A stretch of 64,000 nucleotides of DNA, from positions 7,910 through 71,909 of the forward strand of contig JACQCH010000017.1 of NCBI GenBank assembly GCA_016201735.1, written 5' to 3'. Each line of letters starts with the position of its first letter. Positions within the stretch are counted from its first letter, which is position 1. This DNA is from Candidatus Omnitrophota bacterium. Lineage in GTDB: Bacteria > Omnitrophota > Gorgyraeia > 1-14-0-20-64-10. The notes beneath the pieces were generated by a model. The model was given only the letters and a program-made list of their open reading frames with translations. It had not been told where the DNA came from and did not search any database. Made by a program: the position numbers and the translations under genes. Positions 36,667 to 45,705 of the stretch are shown here, piece after piece.

Positions 36667-36826
36667 CCCGCCCCTCCATGGATCGGGACGCCAAAACTGC
36701 GCTCAGGAGCACTGTGGGCGTCCCGAAAAGCTCCATGAGCTTTTATTCTCTGGGGCAACCCGGAAATTACCCTCATGCTCATCCTCCCTCCATGGCCCCA
36801 GAGAAATCCATGGAGGGGCGGGGTCA
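36663..36826 (-). promoter_or_regulatory. structured GC-rich inverted-repeat element between ileS stop and dksA start; outer arms TGACCCCGCCCCTCC / GGAGGGGCGGGGTGA pair and would sequester dksA SD + GTG
   Basis: On minus strand: ileS stop TGA is first 3 nt of 5' arm; inner stems UCUCUGGGGC/GCCCCAGAGA and GGGACGCC/GGCGUCCC; homologous element upstream of ADH at 42458..42691. Confidence 0.5.
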
Positions 36827-39694
36827 TCGTAAACCGAGAGTATACCACATGTTCACCGTTTCCACGCACCGATGGCACAGGGCCGGATGCTCCGAAGAAG
36901 CCCCTACCGAAGGCAGCCGCATCCAGCAGCGCTGGCACTTGGACCCGGCTGCCGGGCGGACATTCATCTGAAGTGCCGGGCCGGGCCCGGATCCCGGGAC
37001 AATCTCCAGTTTCGAAACGATGCAGGCCAGCTCCAACTCCGACCGGCGCTTCGTCAGAAAGTCCAACGATTCCTTATCCTGGACCAGGATCTCCAACTCC
37101 GCTTCCAGAGAATCTCCGATCTGGCCTCCCTCTCGCGCCTTCTCCAACGCCTTCATCGCCTGGTCTCTGAACTGAATCAGGCGGGCCCAGTCCGCTTCCA
37201 GCGATCGGTCCGGCGGCAGACCCGGAGAGATGGGCCAATCCTGCAGGTGCACGCTCCGGCTGCGGTTGGAGGAAACCGCACCAGGCGCCTCGGCGCTCCC
37301 GCCGCTGGGGAGCCCGAAGGCGGTCCAGGCCTCTTCCGCCGTCAGCGGAAGGATCGGGGCGATCAGGCGGATCATTGCGTCGGTCAGGATTGCCAGAACG
37401 GTTTGAATCTCCCGCCGCTGGGGATCCTTGGGGTAAAAAGTGTACAGCCGATCCTTGATCACATCGAGATAAAAGTTGGAGAGGATGCCCGTGCAGAATT
37501 CATGGATCTTCTTGACCGCCCGGTGAAACGCATATTGCTCGTAGGCATCGGTCACCTCCCGCACAAGGGCACCAAACTGCAGAAGTATCCAGCGGTTGAG
37601 CCCCTGCATCTTCTCCAGCGGGACCCGGACTTCCGAGGCCTGGAAATCGGACAGGTTGGCCAGCATGAACCGGAGGGTGTTCCGGATCTTCCGGTACACC
37701 TCGGCGGTCTGCGACAGGATCTCCGGTGAGATCCGAACATCTTCCCGATAGTCGGAGGCGGCCACCCAGAGCCGCAGGAGATCAGCCCCCAGCGAGGAGA
37801 CCACCTCCTGCGGAGCGGTGACGTTCCCCAGCGACTTCGACATCTTCCGCCCTTGGCCGTCCACGACGAACCCGTGGGTCAGCACCGCCCGGTAAGGGGC
37901 CTTCCCCTCCAGCGCCACCCCGGTGATCAGCGAAACCTGGAACCAGCCCCGGTGCTGGTCCGATCCTTCCAGGTACATGTCGGCTGGGACTGCGTGATCT
38001 TCGCGGCGCTTCAAGACGGCTTGATGACTGACCCCGGAATCAAACCAGACATCCAGGATGTCGGTTCCCGGTTTGAAATCGGATTTGCCGCATTTGCATT
38101 TCAATCCGGCGGGGAGCCACCGGCTGACCGGCTCGCTGAACCACCGGTCGCTCCCCTCCGGGTCCTTCTCGATCTCTTTCGCGAACCGGTCGATCACCCG
38201 GGAGTCCAGAATTCCTTCTCCGCAGCCAGAGCAGATCACCGCCGGGATCGGGATCCCCCAGAGCCGCTGGCGGGAGAGGCACCAGTCCGGCCGGGTCTTG
38301 ATCATGCCGGCCATCCGCTCCTTTCCCTCCGGCGGGATCCATTGAACCTGTTTCTCGACGGCGTCGAGCAGTTTCCGGCGGAGATCCTCATGCTCGACGT
38401 TCAAGAACCATTGGTCGGTCGCCCGGAAGATGATCGGGTTGTGACACCGCCAGCAGTGTGGATACTGATGTTCCTCTTCGCCGGCTTTCACGAGAGCTCC
38501 CCGTTGTTTGAGCAGTTCGATGACGGCGGGATTGGCTGTCTGAACCTGCTGGCCGTTAAATTGTGCGACTTCTTTGGGCAAGCCGACGAACTGTCCCCGT
38601 GAATCGACCGGCGCCAATACCTCCAGCCCGTATTTCTTTCCGATCGCGTAATCCTCAGCTCCGAACCCGGGCGCCGTGTGAACCAGCCCCGTCCCGTCCT
38701 CCGAGGAAACGTAATCAGCCAGAATGACTTTCCCTTCCCGCAATCCAAACGGATGCTGATAACGAAGTCCGTCAAGATCGCGACCGCGAAATCGATGAAA
38801 GATGGAGCTGGGATCTTCGGACAAACCGAGATCTTTTTGGGCCACTTCTGGCAAACGGGCCAGCGTCACCCAGATTTCATCCGGGTTAGTTCCTTTTCGC
38901 GCGACGTATTCATAATCCGGATGAATCGCCACGCCGACATTGCCCATCAATGTCCAGGGAGTGGTTGTCCAAATCACTAAATAGGCCTTCCGTGGCTGGA
39001 TTCCAAGAGGATTCATCCTAAGAGCGGCGTTCTTTTCCAATTCAAACTTCATGTAGATCGAGGGAGAGCGGTGCATCTCGTACTCCACCTCGGCCTCGGC
39101 CAGGGCGGTCTCGCAGGACCAGCACCAGTTGACCGGCTTCCGGGCCCGATACACGAAACCTTTCCCGACGAGCGTGCTCAAGACCTGCAGGGCCGCCGAC
39201 ACGTACCCCGGCTCCAGCGTCAGGTACGGATGCTCCCAATCCCCCTGAACCGCCAGCCGTTTGAACTGATCCCGCTGGATCCCGACGTATTTCATGGCGT
39301 AGGCCCGGGCCTTGCGGCGGAACTCCAGCGTGTCCACCTGATGCTTGGTAACCTTCAGCTCCTTCATCAGGGCGTACTCGATCGGCAGACCGTGGCAGTC
39401 CCAGCCGGGAATGTACGGGGCCTTCCTCCCCCGCATCCCTTTGTACCGGACGATGAAATCCTTGAGCACCTTGTTCAAGGCATGCCCGATGTGAATGTCC
39501 CCGTTGGCGTACGGCGGCCCGTCGTGGAGGACAAAGGCCGGCGCCCCCTTCCGGTGTTCCAGGAACTGGGAATAAAGTCCTTCCCGTTCCCATTGGTCCA
39601 GGATCTTCGGCTCGCTCTGAGGGAGATTTCCCTTCATCGGGAAAGAGGTCTTCGGCAGGTTCAGGGTCGATTTGTAATCGGTCACCGGATTCAC
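36824..39694 (-). CDS. ileS: isoleucyl-tRNA synthetase
   Basis: 956 aa; HIGH (PYANGDIHIGH), KMSKS, C-terminal zinc-binding Cys cluster. Confidence 0.95.
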   Translation of the reverse strand: MNPVTDYKSTLNLPKTSFPMKGNLPQSEPKILDQWEREGLYSQFLEHRKGAPAFVLHDGPPYANGDIHIGHALNKVLKDFIVRYKGMRGRKAPYIPGWDCHGLPIEYALMKELKVTKHQVDTLEFRRKARAYAMKYVGIQRDQFKRLAVQGDWEHPYLTLEPGYVSAALQVLSTLVGKGFVYRARKPVNWCWSCETALAEAEVEYEMHRSPSIYMKFELEKNAALRMNPLGIQPRKAYLVIWTTTPWTLMGNVGVAIHPDYEYVARKGTNPDEIWVTLARLPEVAQKDLGLSEDPSSIFHRFRGRDLDGLRYQHPFGLREGKVILADYVSSEDGTGLVHTAPGFGAEDYAIGKKYGLEVLAPVDSRGQFVGLPKEVAQFNGQQVQTANPAVIELLKQRGALVKAGEEEHQYPHCWRCHNPIIFRATDQWFLNVEHEDLRRKLLDAVEKQVQWIPPEGKERMAGMIKTRPDWCLSRQRLWGIPIPAVICSGCGEGILDSRVIDRFAKEIEKDPEGSDRWFSEPVSRWLPAGLKCKCGKSDFKPGTDILDVWFDSGVSHQAVLKRREDHAVPADMYLEGSDQHRGWFQVSLITGVALEGKAPYRAVLTHGFVVDGQGRKMSKSLGNVTAPQEVVSSLGADLLRLWVAASDYREDVRISPEILSQTAEVYRKIRNTLRFMLANLSDFQASEVRVPLEKMQGLNRWILLQFGALVREVTDAYEQYAFHRAVKKIHEFCTGILSNFYLDVIKDRLYTFYPKDPQRREIQTVLAILTDAMIRLIAPILPLTAEEAWTAFGLPSGGSAEAPGAVSSNRSRSVHLQDWPISPGLPPDRSLEADWARLIQFRDQAMKALEKAREGGQIGDSLEAELEILVQDKESLDFLTKRRSELELACIVSKLEIVPGSGPGPALQMNVRPAAGSKCQRCWMRLPSVGASSEHPALCHRCVETVNMWYTLGLR

Positions 39695-40509
39695 AGCTGC
39701 TCGATCAGTTGACTCACCAGATGGGTCAAGCGGGGCTTGGCCTCTTTGGCCACTCGAAGAATTTCCTCCAGCAGGGCCGGCTTCAAGGTTTCCGGGATGC
39801 AGACGTCGGTGATGCAGCTGACCCCGAAGACCCGCATCCCGCCGTGGACCGCCGTCAGCACCTCCGGCACCGTCGACATTCCGACCGCATCGGCCCCGAT
39901 CCCCCGGAGGAACCGATACTCCGCCCGGGTTTCCAGGTTCGGCCCGGTCACCGCCGCGTAAACTCCCCGGTGCAGGCGGATCCCGGCCGCCTTGGCGATC
40001 CGCTCGGCCAACCCGATCAGTTTCTGGTCGTACGGGGCAGACATATCCGGGAACCGGATCCCCAGCCGGTCGTCGTTGGGACCGGTCAACGGATTGACTC
40101 CCATCAAGTTGATCTGGTCGGCAATCACCATCAGGTCCCCGGCGGTAAATTTCGGATTCATCCCGCCGGCGGCGTTGGAGACGATCAGAACCTCCGCCCC
40201 TAGGGCCCGCATCACCCGAACCGGATAGGTCACCTGCGCCAGGGAATATCCTTCGTAGAAATGGAACCGCCCCTCCATGACGACCACCGGTTTTGCTCCG
40301 ATCCGGCCGAAGACCAGCTGCCCCTTGTGCCCTTCCACCGTCGAGCGGGGGAAATGGGGGATCTCCTCGTAGGAGATGGGGTGAGCGTCATCAATCTTTT
40401 CTCCCAACCCCCCCAAACCGGTCCCCAAGATCACCCCGATCCGGGGCGTATCGGAAACCTTCGCCTGGATGAACCGAATTGTCTCTTGAAGCTGATCCCA
40501 AATCGGCAT
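39691..40509 (-). CDS. purine nucleoside phosphorylase / MTA phosphorylase family (PNP/MTAP family)
   Basis: 272 aa; PNP-UDP family motifs (GVILGTGLGG, VGMSTVPEV). Confidence 0.75.
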   Translation of the reverse strand: MPIWDQLQETIRFIQAKVSDTPRIGVILGTGLGGLGEKIDDAHPISYEEIPHFPRSTVEGHKGQLVFGRIGAKPVVVMEGRFHFYEGYSLAQVTYPVRVMRALGAEVLIVSNAAGGMNPKFTAGDLMVIADQINLMGVNPLTGPNDDRLGIRFPDMSAPYDQKLIGLAERIAKAAGIRLHRGVYAAVTGPNLETRAEYRFLRGIGADAVGMSTVPEVLTAVHGGMRVFGVSCITDVCIPETLKPALLEEILRVAKEAKPRLTHLVSQLIEQL

Positions 40510-40513
40510 CGGA

Positions 40514-40816
40514 TTATCGCAGCCGCAGACTCAAATCCACCAGGGTCCGCACCAGGAAATGCTGGATCGCCTGCAGAAGAAGCAGGGCCACGATCGGCGT
40601 GATGTCGAGGAACCCGATCGACGGGATCAGGCGCCGGAGGGGCTCCAAAACCGGGTCCGTCGCCCGCTGCAGGAATTGAACCACCGGGTTAAACGGGTCG
40701 GGGCTGACCCAACTGATCAGCACCCGGATGATGAGGACCCAAGTGTAGATGGTAAGCGTGGCGTTCACCAACTGCGCCAACGCAGAGACGAGATTCCCGA
40801 TCACAAACATCCTCAC
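40514..40816 (-). CDS. yggT: YggT family membrane protein
   Basis: 100 aa; two TM, conserved position after proC in yggS-proC-yggT operon. Confidence 0.7.
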   Translation of the reverse strand: MRMFVIGNLVSALAQLVNATLTIYTWVLIIRVLISWVSPDPFNPVVQFLQRATDPVLEPLRRLIPSIGFLDITPIVALLLLQAIQHFLVRTLVDLSLRLR

Positions 40817-41631
40817 CTCCCTAGCTTCTTACTTCTTTGAGCGGCTGCCTGAATTCCGGCCCGAATTATTTTCCCCAGCCCGGCCCGAGCATACACCTTA
40901 AACGCCGCTTCCGTGGTTCCCCCCTTGGAGGTCACCCGGGCCCGCAGAAGTTTCGGCTCCTCGCCGGATTTCGCCAGCTTGGCGGCTCCTTCGGCGGTGG
41001 CCAGAACTAACTGCCGCGCCGCCTGTTTCGACAGCCCCAAGTGGACTCCCGCCTCAATCATCTGCTCCATCAGAAAAAAGAAATAGGCCGGCCCGGAGCC
41101 GCTGACCGCCGTGACCCCGTTCATCCAGCTTTCCGGAACCTCCAGCACCTCCCCCACTCCTTGAAAGATCCGTTTCACTATCTTGACCATCGAGGGGATC
41201 GCCGCCCGGCCGGGGGCGATCGCCGTCACACCGGCCCCCACCAACGCCGGGGTGTTCGGCATCACCCGGACCACCGGGACGGCCTTGCCGGTTGAACCAG
41301 CGCGGCCGATCCGTTTCTCGATCCAACGGGTTGAAATCCCTGCCGCAATCGAAATTAGAAGCGGCCGTTTGCTAAGATGCAGACGGATCTCCTCGAGAAC
41401 CCCCTACATCTGCTGGGGCTTGACCGCCAAGAGGATGAGTTGTGATTTCTCGGCCAGATCGGAATTGGACCGGGCTCGCCGAATTCCAAAGACCCGGCTC
41501 AATTTCTTAAGCTTCTCCGAATCCGAATCCCAGACAAGGATCCGGCCCGGCGCAACGAACCGGCTCGCCAGCATCCCCCGGATCAGGGCGGACCCCATGT
41601 TCCCGCATCCGATCACCCCGATCGTTTTCAT
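40813..41631 (-). pseudogene. proC: pyrroline-5-carboxylate reductase ProC interrupted by a single in-frame TAG (41404..41406)
   Basis: N-fragment ORF 41404..41631 (MKTIGVIGCGNMGSAL...AVKPQQM*) and C-fragment 40813..41274 are in the same frame; the 129 nt between read through as GVLEEIRLHLSKRPLLISIAAGISTRWIEKRIGRAGSTGKAVP without further stops. Confidence 0.7.
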
Positions 41632-42320
41632 TGAAAGATCGCCGTCCCGATCCGCACCATCGTCGCTCCTTCCTCCACCGCCACCTCCAAGTCCTGGCTC
41701 ATCCCCATGGACAAATCCAGCGAGGGGTCGATCCCATCCCGAAGCCGGCGCAATTGCCGGAAAACCGGTCGGGCCGATTCCGGATCGTCGGCAAATGGGG
41801 CCATCGTCATGAAGCCCGACAATTTCAGATTCTTCGATTTCAAGATCGCCGCCGCCAGCACCCTTGCTTCGTCCGGCTTACAGCCATGCTTGGCCGCCTC
41901 TCCCGACACATTCACCTGAACCAGCAGCTCCAACCCCCGCTCGGGCTGAGCCGGTCGAAGCCCGACGGCCCGACCCAGCGCCTCGACCAGCTCCAGCGAG
42001 TCGACCGAGTGAACCACGTCGAACAGCTCCACCGCGGCCCTCACCTTGTTCCGCTGAAGGTGCCCGATCAGGTGCCAGCGGACTTCGCGCCCGATCGCCG
42101 GCTGTTTCTGCTGGGCTTCCTGGACCCGGTTCTCGCCGATCTCCCGCACCCCGCAGGCAATCGCCTCCCGGATCCTCTCGACCGGAACTCCTTTGGTCAC
42201 ACCGATGAGACGCACGCCGGCAGGGTCTCGGCCTTTAGACCGGGCCGCTGCCGCAATCCGTTGCCGGATCTGCTCCAGGTTCGCGTCGATCACCCCGCCC
42301 CTCCGGAGTTCCGCTTCCAT
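41628..42320 (-). CDS. yggS: PLP homeostasis protein YggS (alanine racemase N-terminal fold)
   Basis: 230 aa; LIGVTKGVP...IGHLQRNK motifs; ATGA overlap with proC start. Confidence 0.85.
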   Translation of the reverse strand: MEAELRRGGVIDANLEQIRQRIAAAARSKGRDPAGVRLIGVTKGVPVERIREAIACGVREIGENRVQEAQQKQPAIGREVRWHLIGHLQRNKVRAAVELFDVVHSVDSLELVEALGRAVGLRPAQPERGLELLVQVNVSGEAAKHGCKPDEARVLAAAILKSKNLKLSGFMTMAPFADDPESARPVFRQLRRLRDGIDPSLDLSMGMSQDLEVAVEEGATMVRIGTAIFQ

Positions 42321-42457
42321 CCCTGCAGGGATGGAAGCGCTGTGCCGAAGGCACAGATGCCCTCGGCTGTCTCTCGCTTTAAACGATCCCTCTTTTCATG
42401 AACCTGTGCATCTCCTCAGACCCTGAAGAATCCACCCCCCTGCCGAGGGCATACTCC

Positions 42458-42691
42458 GGAGGGGCGGGGTCATGAAATTGCTATTACAGCACCCCGCTTC
42501 CACCTTGTCAACCGACGGAACGGCGTGATAAATTAGACGGCGTGACCCCGCCCCTCCTTTGGGCTCTCTGGCACAGTTGGAGGGTGGTCAACCGGGAGGG
42601 GTCAGCGAGTCACCTGTGCCAGAGAGAGAAATCTTACGAAAGATTTCTGGGACGCCTGAAAGGCGTCCCTACCAAAGGAGGGGCGGGGTGA
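42458..42691 (+). promoter_or_regulatory. three-arm GC-rich inverted-repeat leader (GGAGGGGCGGGGTCA / TGACCCCGCCCCTCC / GGAGGGGCGGGGTGA) with 18-codon uORF (42472..42528), preceding ADH GTG start
   Basis: Arm 1 42458..42472 carries SD+ATG of uORF MKLLLQHPASTLSTDGTA; arm 2 42543..42557 is perfectly complementary to arm 1 and 14/15 to arm 3 (42677..42691) which contains SD and GTG of the ADH; inner stems CTCTCTGGCACAG/CTGTGCCAGAGAG and GGGACGCC/GGCGTCCC. Confidence 0.5.
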
Positions 42692-43752
42692 AGGCAGCCA
42701 TCTATCGGGGGCCGAATGATGTCCGGGTGGAAGAGGTGCCGGTGCCGCCGGTGGGACCCGGCGAGGTACTGCTTCAGGTACAGGCTTGCGGCGTCTGTGG
42801 GACGGATCTAAAGAAGATCGCGCAGGGGGATCTGCCGGCTCCCCGCATCTTCGGCCACGAGGTGGCCGGCCGGGTGGTGGCCGTCGGATCGGGCGTCGGG
42901 CAATGGCGTAGCGATGACCGGGTCGTCTTCTTCCACCACATCCCCTGCCGATCCTGCGATCTCTGCCGCGTTCAGGCCTATGCCCAGTGCCCGCAGTACC
43001 TTCGGGTGGGGACCACTGCCGGCTTTGAGCCGGCCGGCGGCGGATTCGCCGAGTACGTCAAGGTGATGGATTGGATCGCGCGTGACGGTCTAGTCAAGAT
43101 CCCCAACGGGGTCACGGACGAAGAGGCGATTTTCGTGGAACCGGTCAACACCTGCTTGAAAGGAATTCAAAAGGCTGAGATCATTCCCGGTCGGCCGGTG
43201 CTGATCCTCGGCTCCGGACCGGTGGGGCTGATCTTGCTTCAGCTGGCCCGGTTGGCCGGCGGGGTGGTCTACGTCGCCGATCCCATTCCGGAACGCCTGG
43301 AGGCGGCCCGCCGGCTGGGGGCGGCCGATACGCACGACATCTCGGGACATTCCCTCCTGGATTGGGTCCGCCGGCGAATTGATCCGCGCGGGGCAGAGGT
43401 CGCCCTCGTCGCCGCGGCATCGGTGCAGGCCATTTCCTCCGCGCTGGAGGCGGTGCGGCCAGCCGGTCGAGTGGTCCTCTTCGCGCAAACTCGACTCGGC
43501 GAGACGGCCGCGCTGGACGTCGGGCAGATCGGCAAACTGGAGAAGGAACTGGTGGGGAGTTACAGCGCATCGATTGATCTGCAGGAGGAGGCGGCCCGGC
43601 TGGTCTTTACTCGAGAGATTCAAGTCGCTCCGCTCATCTCTCATCGGTTCGGGCTGAATCAGATCCGCGAGGCCCTCGGTGTAGCGATGCGGCCCTCCGC
43701 CCAATCTCTGAAGGTCATCGTCCAGCCAGGGTTGAACGGATCCACGCCATGA
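42688..43752 (+). CDS. zinc-dependent alcohol dehydrogenase (MDR superfamily, sorbitol/threonine DH-like), GTG start
   Basis: VKAAIYRGPNDVRVEEVPVPPVGPGEVLLQV..., GHE motif, structural zinc cysteines, GxGxxG; upstream 43 codons of ORF 42559..43752 are leader, not coding. Confidence 0.8.
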   Translation: MKAAIYRGPNDVRVEEVPVPPVGPGEVLLQVQACGVCGTDLKKIAQGDLPAPRIFGHEVAGRVVAVGSGVGQWRSDDRVVFFHHIPCRSCDLCRVQAYAQCPQYLRVGTTAGFEPAGGGFAEYVKVMDWIARDGLVKIPNGVTDEEAIFVEPVNTCLKGIQKAEIIPGRPVLILGSGPVGLILLQLARLAGGVVYVADPIPERLEAARRLGAADTHDISGHSLLDWVRRRIDPRGAEVALVAAASVQAISSALEAVRPAGRVVLFAQTRLGETAALDVGQIGKLEKELVGSYSASIDLQEEAARLVFTREIQVAPLISHRFGLNQIREALGVAMRPSAQSLKVIVQPGLNGSTP

Positions 43753-44780
43753 AGGCCGCGGTCCTGCACGGAAAAGAGGATGTCCGGTTAGAGGAAGTGC
43801 CCCTGCCCGCCCCCGGCCCCGGTGAGATCTTGATCAAGGTCCGCTCGGCCCTGACCTGCGGCACGGACCTGAAGGTGTTCCGCAACGGATCGCATGCCCG
43901 GATGATCAAACCGCCGGCCCTGTTCGGCCACGAATTCGCCGGAACCATCGAGAAGATCGGCTCCGGCGTGACCGGCTGGCGGCAGGGTCAGCGGGTCGTC
44001 GCCGCCAATTCTGCCCCGTGCCGCTCTTGCTTCTACTGCCGGCGGCATCAGCCGAACCTGTGCGAGGATCTGCTGTTCGTCAACGGCGCCTATGCGGAGT
44101 ATCTCTTGCTCCCCGCGCGAATTGTGCGAGAGAATCTGCTGGAGATCCCAGAGCGTCTTGGCTTTCAGGCCGCGGCACTCACGGAACCGCTGGCCAGCAC
44201 CTTACGCGGATTCCAGGCGGTGCATCCCGGCCCGGAAGAAACCGTGGTGATCCTCGGAGCCGGCCCGGTGGGCCTGATGTTCGCGCAGTTGGCCCGCCGA
44301 GCGGGCTGCCGGATCATCCTGCTCGGTAAAGGAAGCCGCCGGCTGGAAGCTGCCCAGCAATGCGGCGCGGATCGGGCGCTCGACCTTGGCCAACTCAGCG
44401 ACCCAATTCAGGCGATCCGGCAGGTCACTCCCGAAGGGAAAGGAGCCGATGTCGTCATCGAGGCGGTGGGGCGGCCGCAGGCCTGGAGCCAGGCCCTCTC
44501 GATGGTCCGGCCGGGAGGCCGGGTGCTTTTCTTTGGAGGCTGCCCCCCCGGCACAGAAATCCCCCTGGATACCGGCCGGATGCATTACGAGGAGCTCACC
44601 CTCCTGTCGGTCTTCCATCACACGCCCGAGGCGATCCGCCAAGCCCTGGGCCTTCTGGCCGACGGATCCATCCGGGCCGATCTGCTGATCACCGGCGATG
44701 CGCCCCTGGGCGAGCTGCCCGCGATCCTTCGGCGGATGTTAACCGACCAGGACGCCGTCAAGACGGCGATCCTTCCATGA
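43749..44780 (+). CDS. zinc-dependent alcohol dehydrogenase paralog
   Basis: 343 aa; MKAAVLHGKEDVRLEEVPLPAPGPGEILIKV; ATGA overlap with upstream ADH. Confidence 0.8.
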   Translation: MKAAVLHGKEDVRLEEVPLPAPGPGEILIKVRSALTCGTDLKVFRNGSHARMIKPPALFGHEFAGTIEKIGSGVTGWRQGQRVVAANSAPCRSCFYCRRHQPNLCEDLLFVNGAYAEYLLLPARIVRENLLEIPERLGFQAAALTEPLASTLRGFQAVHPGPEETVVILGAGPVGLMFAQLARRAGCRIILLGKGSRRLEAAQQCGADRALDLGQLSDPIQAIRQVTPEGKGADVVIEAVGRPQAWSQALSMVRPGGRVLFFGGCPPGTEIPLDTGRMHYEELTLLSVFHHTPEAIRQALGLLADGSIRADLLITGDAPLGELPAILRRMLTDQDAVKTAILP

Positions 44781-44784
44781 GGAG

Positions 44785-45705
44785 TTGAAGATGCGGATCT
44801 GCTCCCTCCTCCCCACCGCCACCGAGATGCTGTACGCCCTGGGGCTAAGCCGTTCCGTCGTCGCCCGAAGCCAGCACTGCAGTTATCCACCCCAGGTCCG
44901 GGCGAAGCCCGTCGTCGTGACGAGCCGCGTCAAGAAGATCGCCAAGCAGGACAGTTTCGCCATTCACCAGGCGGTCCTCAAACTCCAGCAGGAGGGAGTC
45001 CACCAATTCCAGATCGATCTGCCCGCCTTAAAGCGTCTCAAGCCGGACTTGGTGATCACCCAGAATCTCTGCTCCGTCTGCGCCGCTCCTCATCCGGAGG
45101 TTTCCGCCGTTCTGCAGCATCTCTCCCCTCGCCCCCGGCTGATCTCCATCAACTCCCAGCGGCTCGATGAGATCTTTACCGAGATCCGGAAGCTTGGAGA
45201 AATGACCCATCGGGAAAAAGCAGCAATCCGCTTGACGCACCAGCTTCAACAGCGGATCGACCGGGTCCGGCAATTGGTCTCTCGAACCTCCTACCGGCCC
45301 CGTGCCTGGGTCTGCGAGTGGCTGGAACCGCTGATGGCGGCCGGCCATTGGATCCCGGAGATGGTGGAGGTGGCCGGCGGCGTCGATGGGCTGGGGGTGA
45401 AAGGAAAGGATTCCATCTGGCTGAATTGGGAGCAGGTGCGCCGCTACGATCCGGAGGTGATCGTGGTGATGCCCTGCAGTTACTCAATCTCCCAAACCCT
45501 GCGGGAGAAGAAGCGGCTCACCCAGCGCCCCGGCTGGAAATCTTTATCCGCGGTGAAGCAAGGAAGGGTGTTTGCCCTGGAAGGAAGCTTCTTCCATCAC
45601 GCCGGGCCTCGCCTCGTCGACGGGATCGAGCTCCTGGCCCACCTGTTCCACCCGACCCAAGTCCCCGGAAATTCCCTCTGCCGTCATTACCGCGCATTGA
45701 CCTAA
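44785..45705 (+). CDS. class III periplasmic-binding-protein-fold protein (BtuF/FecB-like ABC substrate-binding domain)
   Basis: 306 aa; PDLVITQNLCSVC and EVIVVMPC motifs typical of cobalamin/siderophore binding proteins; no obvious signal peptide. Confidence 0.55.
   Translation: MKMRICSLLPTATEMLYALGLSRSVVARSQHCSYPPQVRAKPVVVTSRVKKIAKQDSFAIHQAVLKLQQEGVHQFQIDLPALKRLKPDLVITQNLCSVCAAPHPEVSAVLQHLSPRPRLISINSQRLDEIFTEIRKLGEMTHREKAAIRLTHQLQQRIDRVRQLVSRTSYRPRAWVCEWLEPLMAAGHWIPEMVEVAGGVDGLGVKGKDSIWLNWEQVRRYDPEVIVVMPCSYSISQTLREKKRLTQRPGWKSLSAVKQGRVFALEGSFFHHAGPRLVDGIELLAHLFHPTQVPGNSLCRHYRALT

Noticed and set aside
41404-41406. TAG in proC decoded as pyrrolysine or by a reassigned genetic code
   Set aside because: TAG clearly terminates other genes in the window (e.g. 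lspA at 35798..35800). Nothing in the window suggests pyl genes. A pseudogene or sequencing error is more parsimonious.
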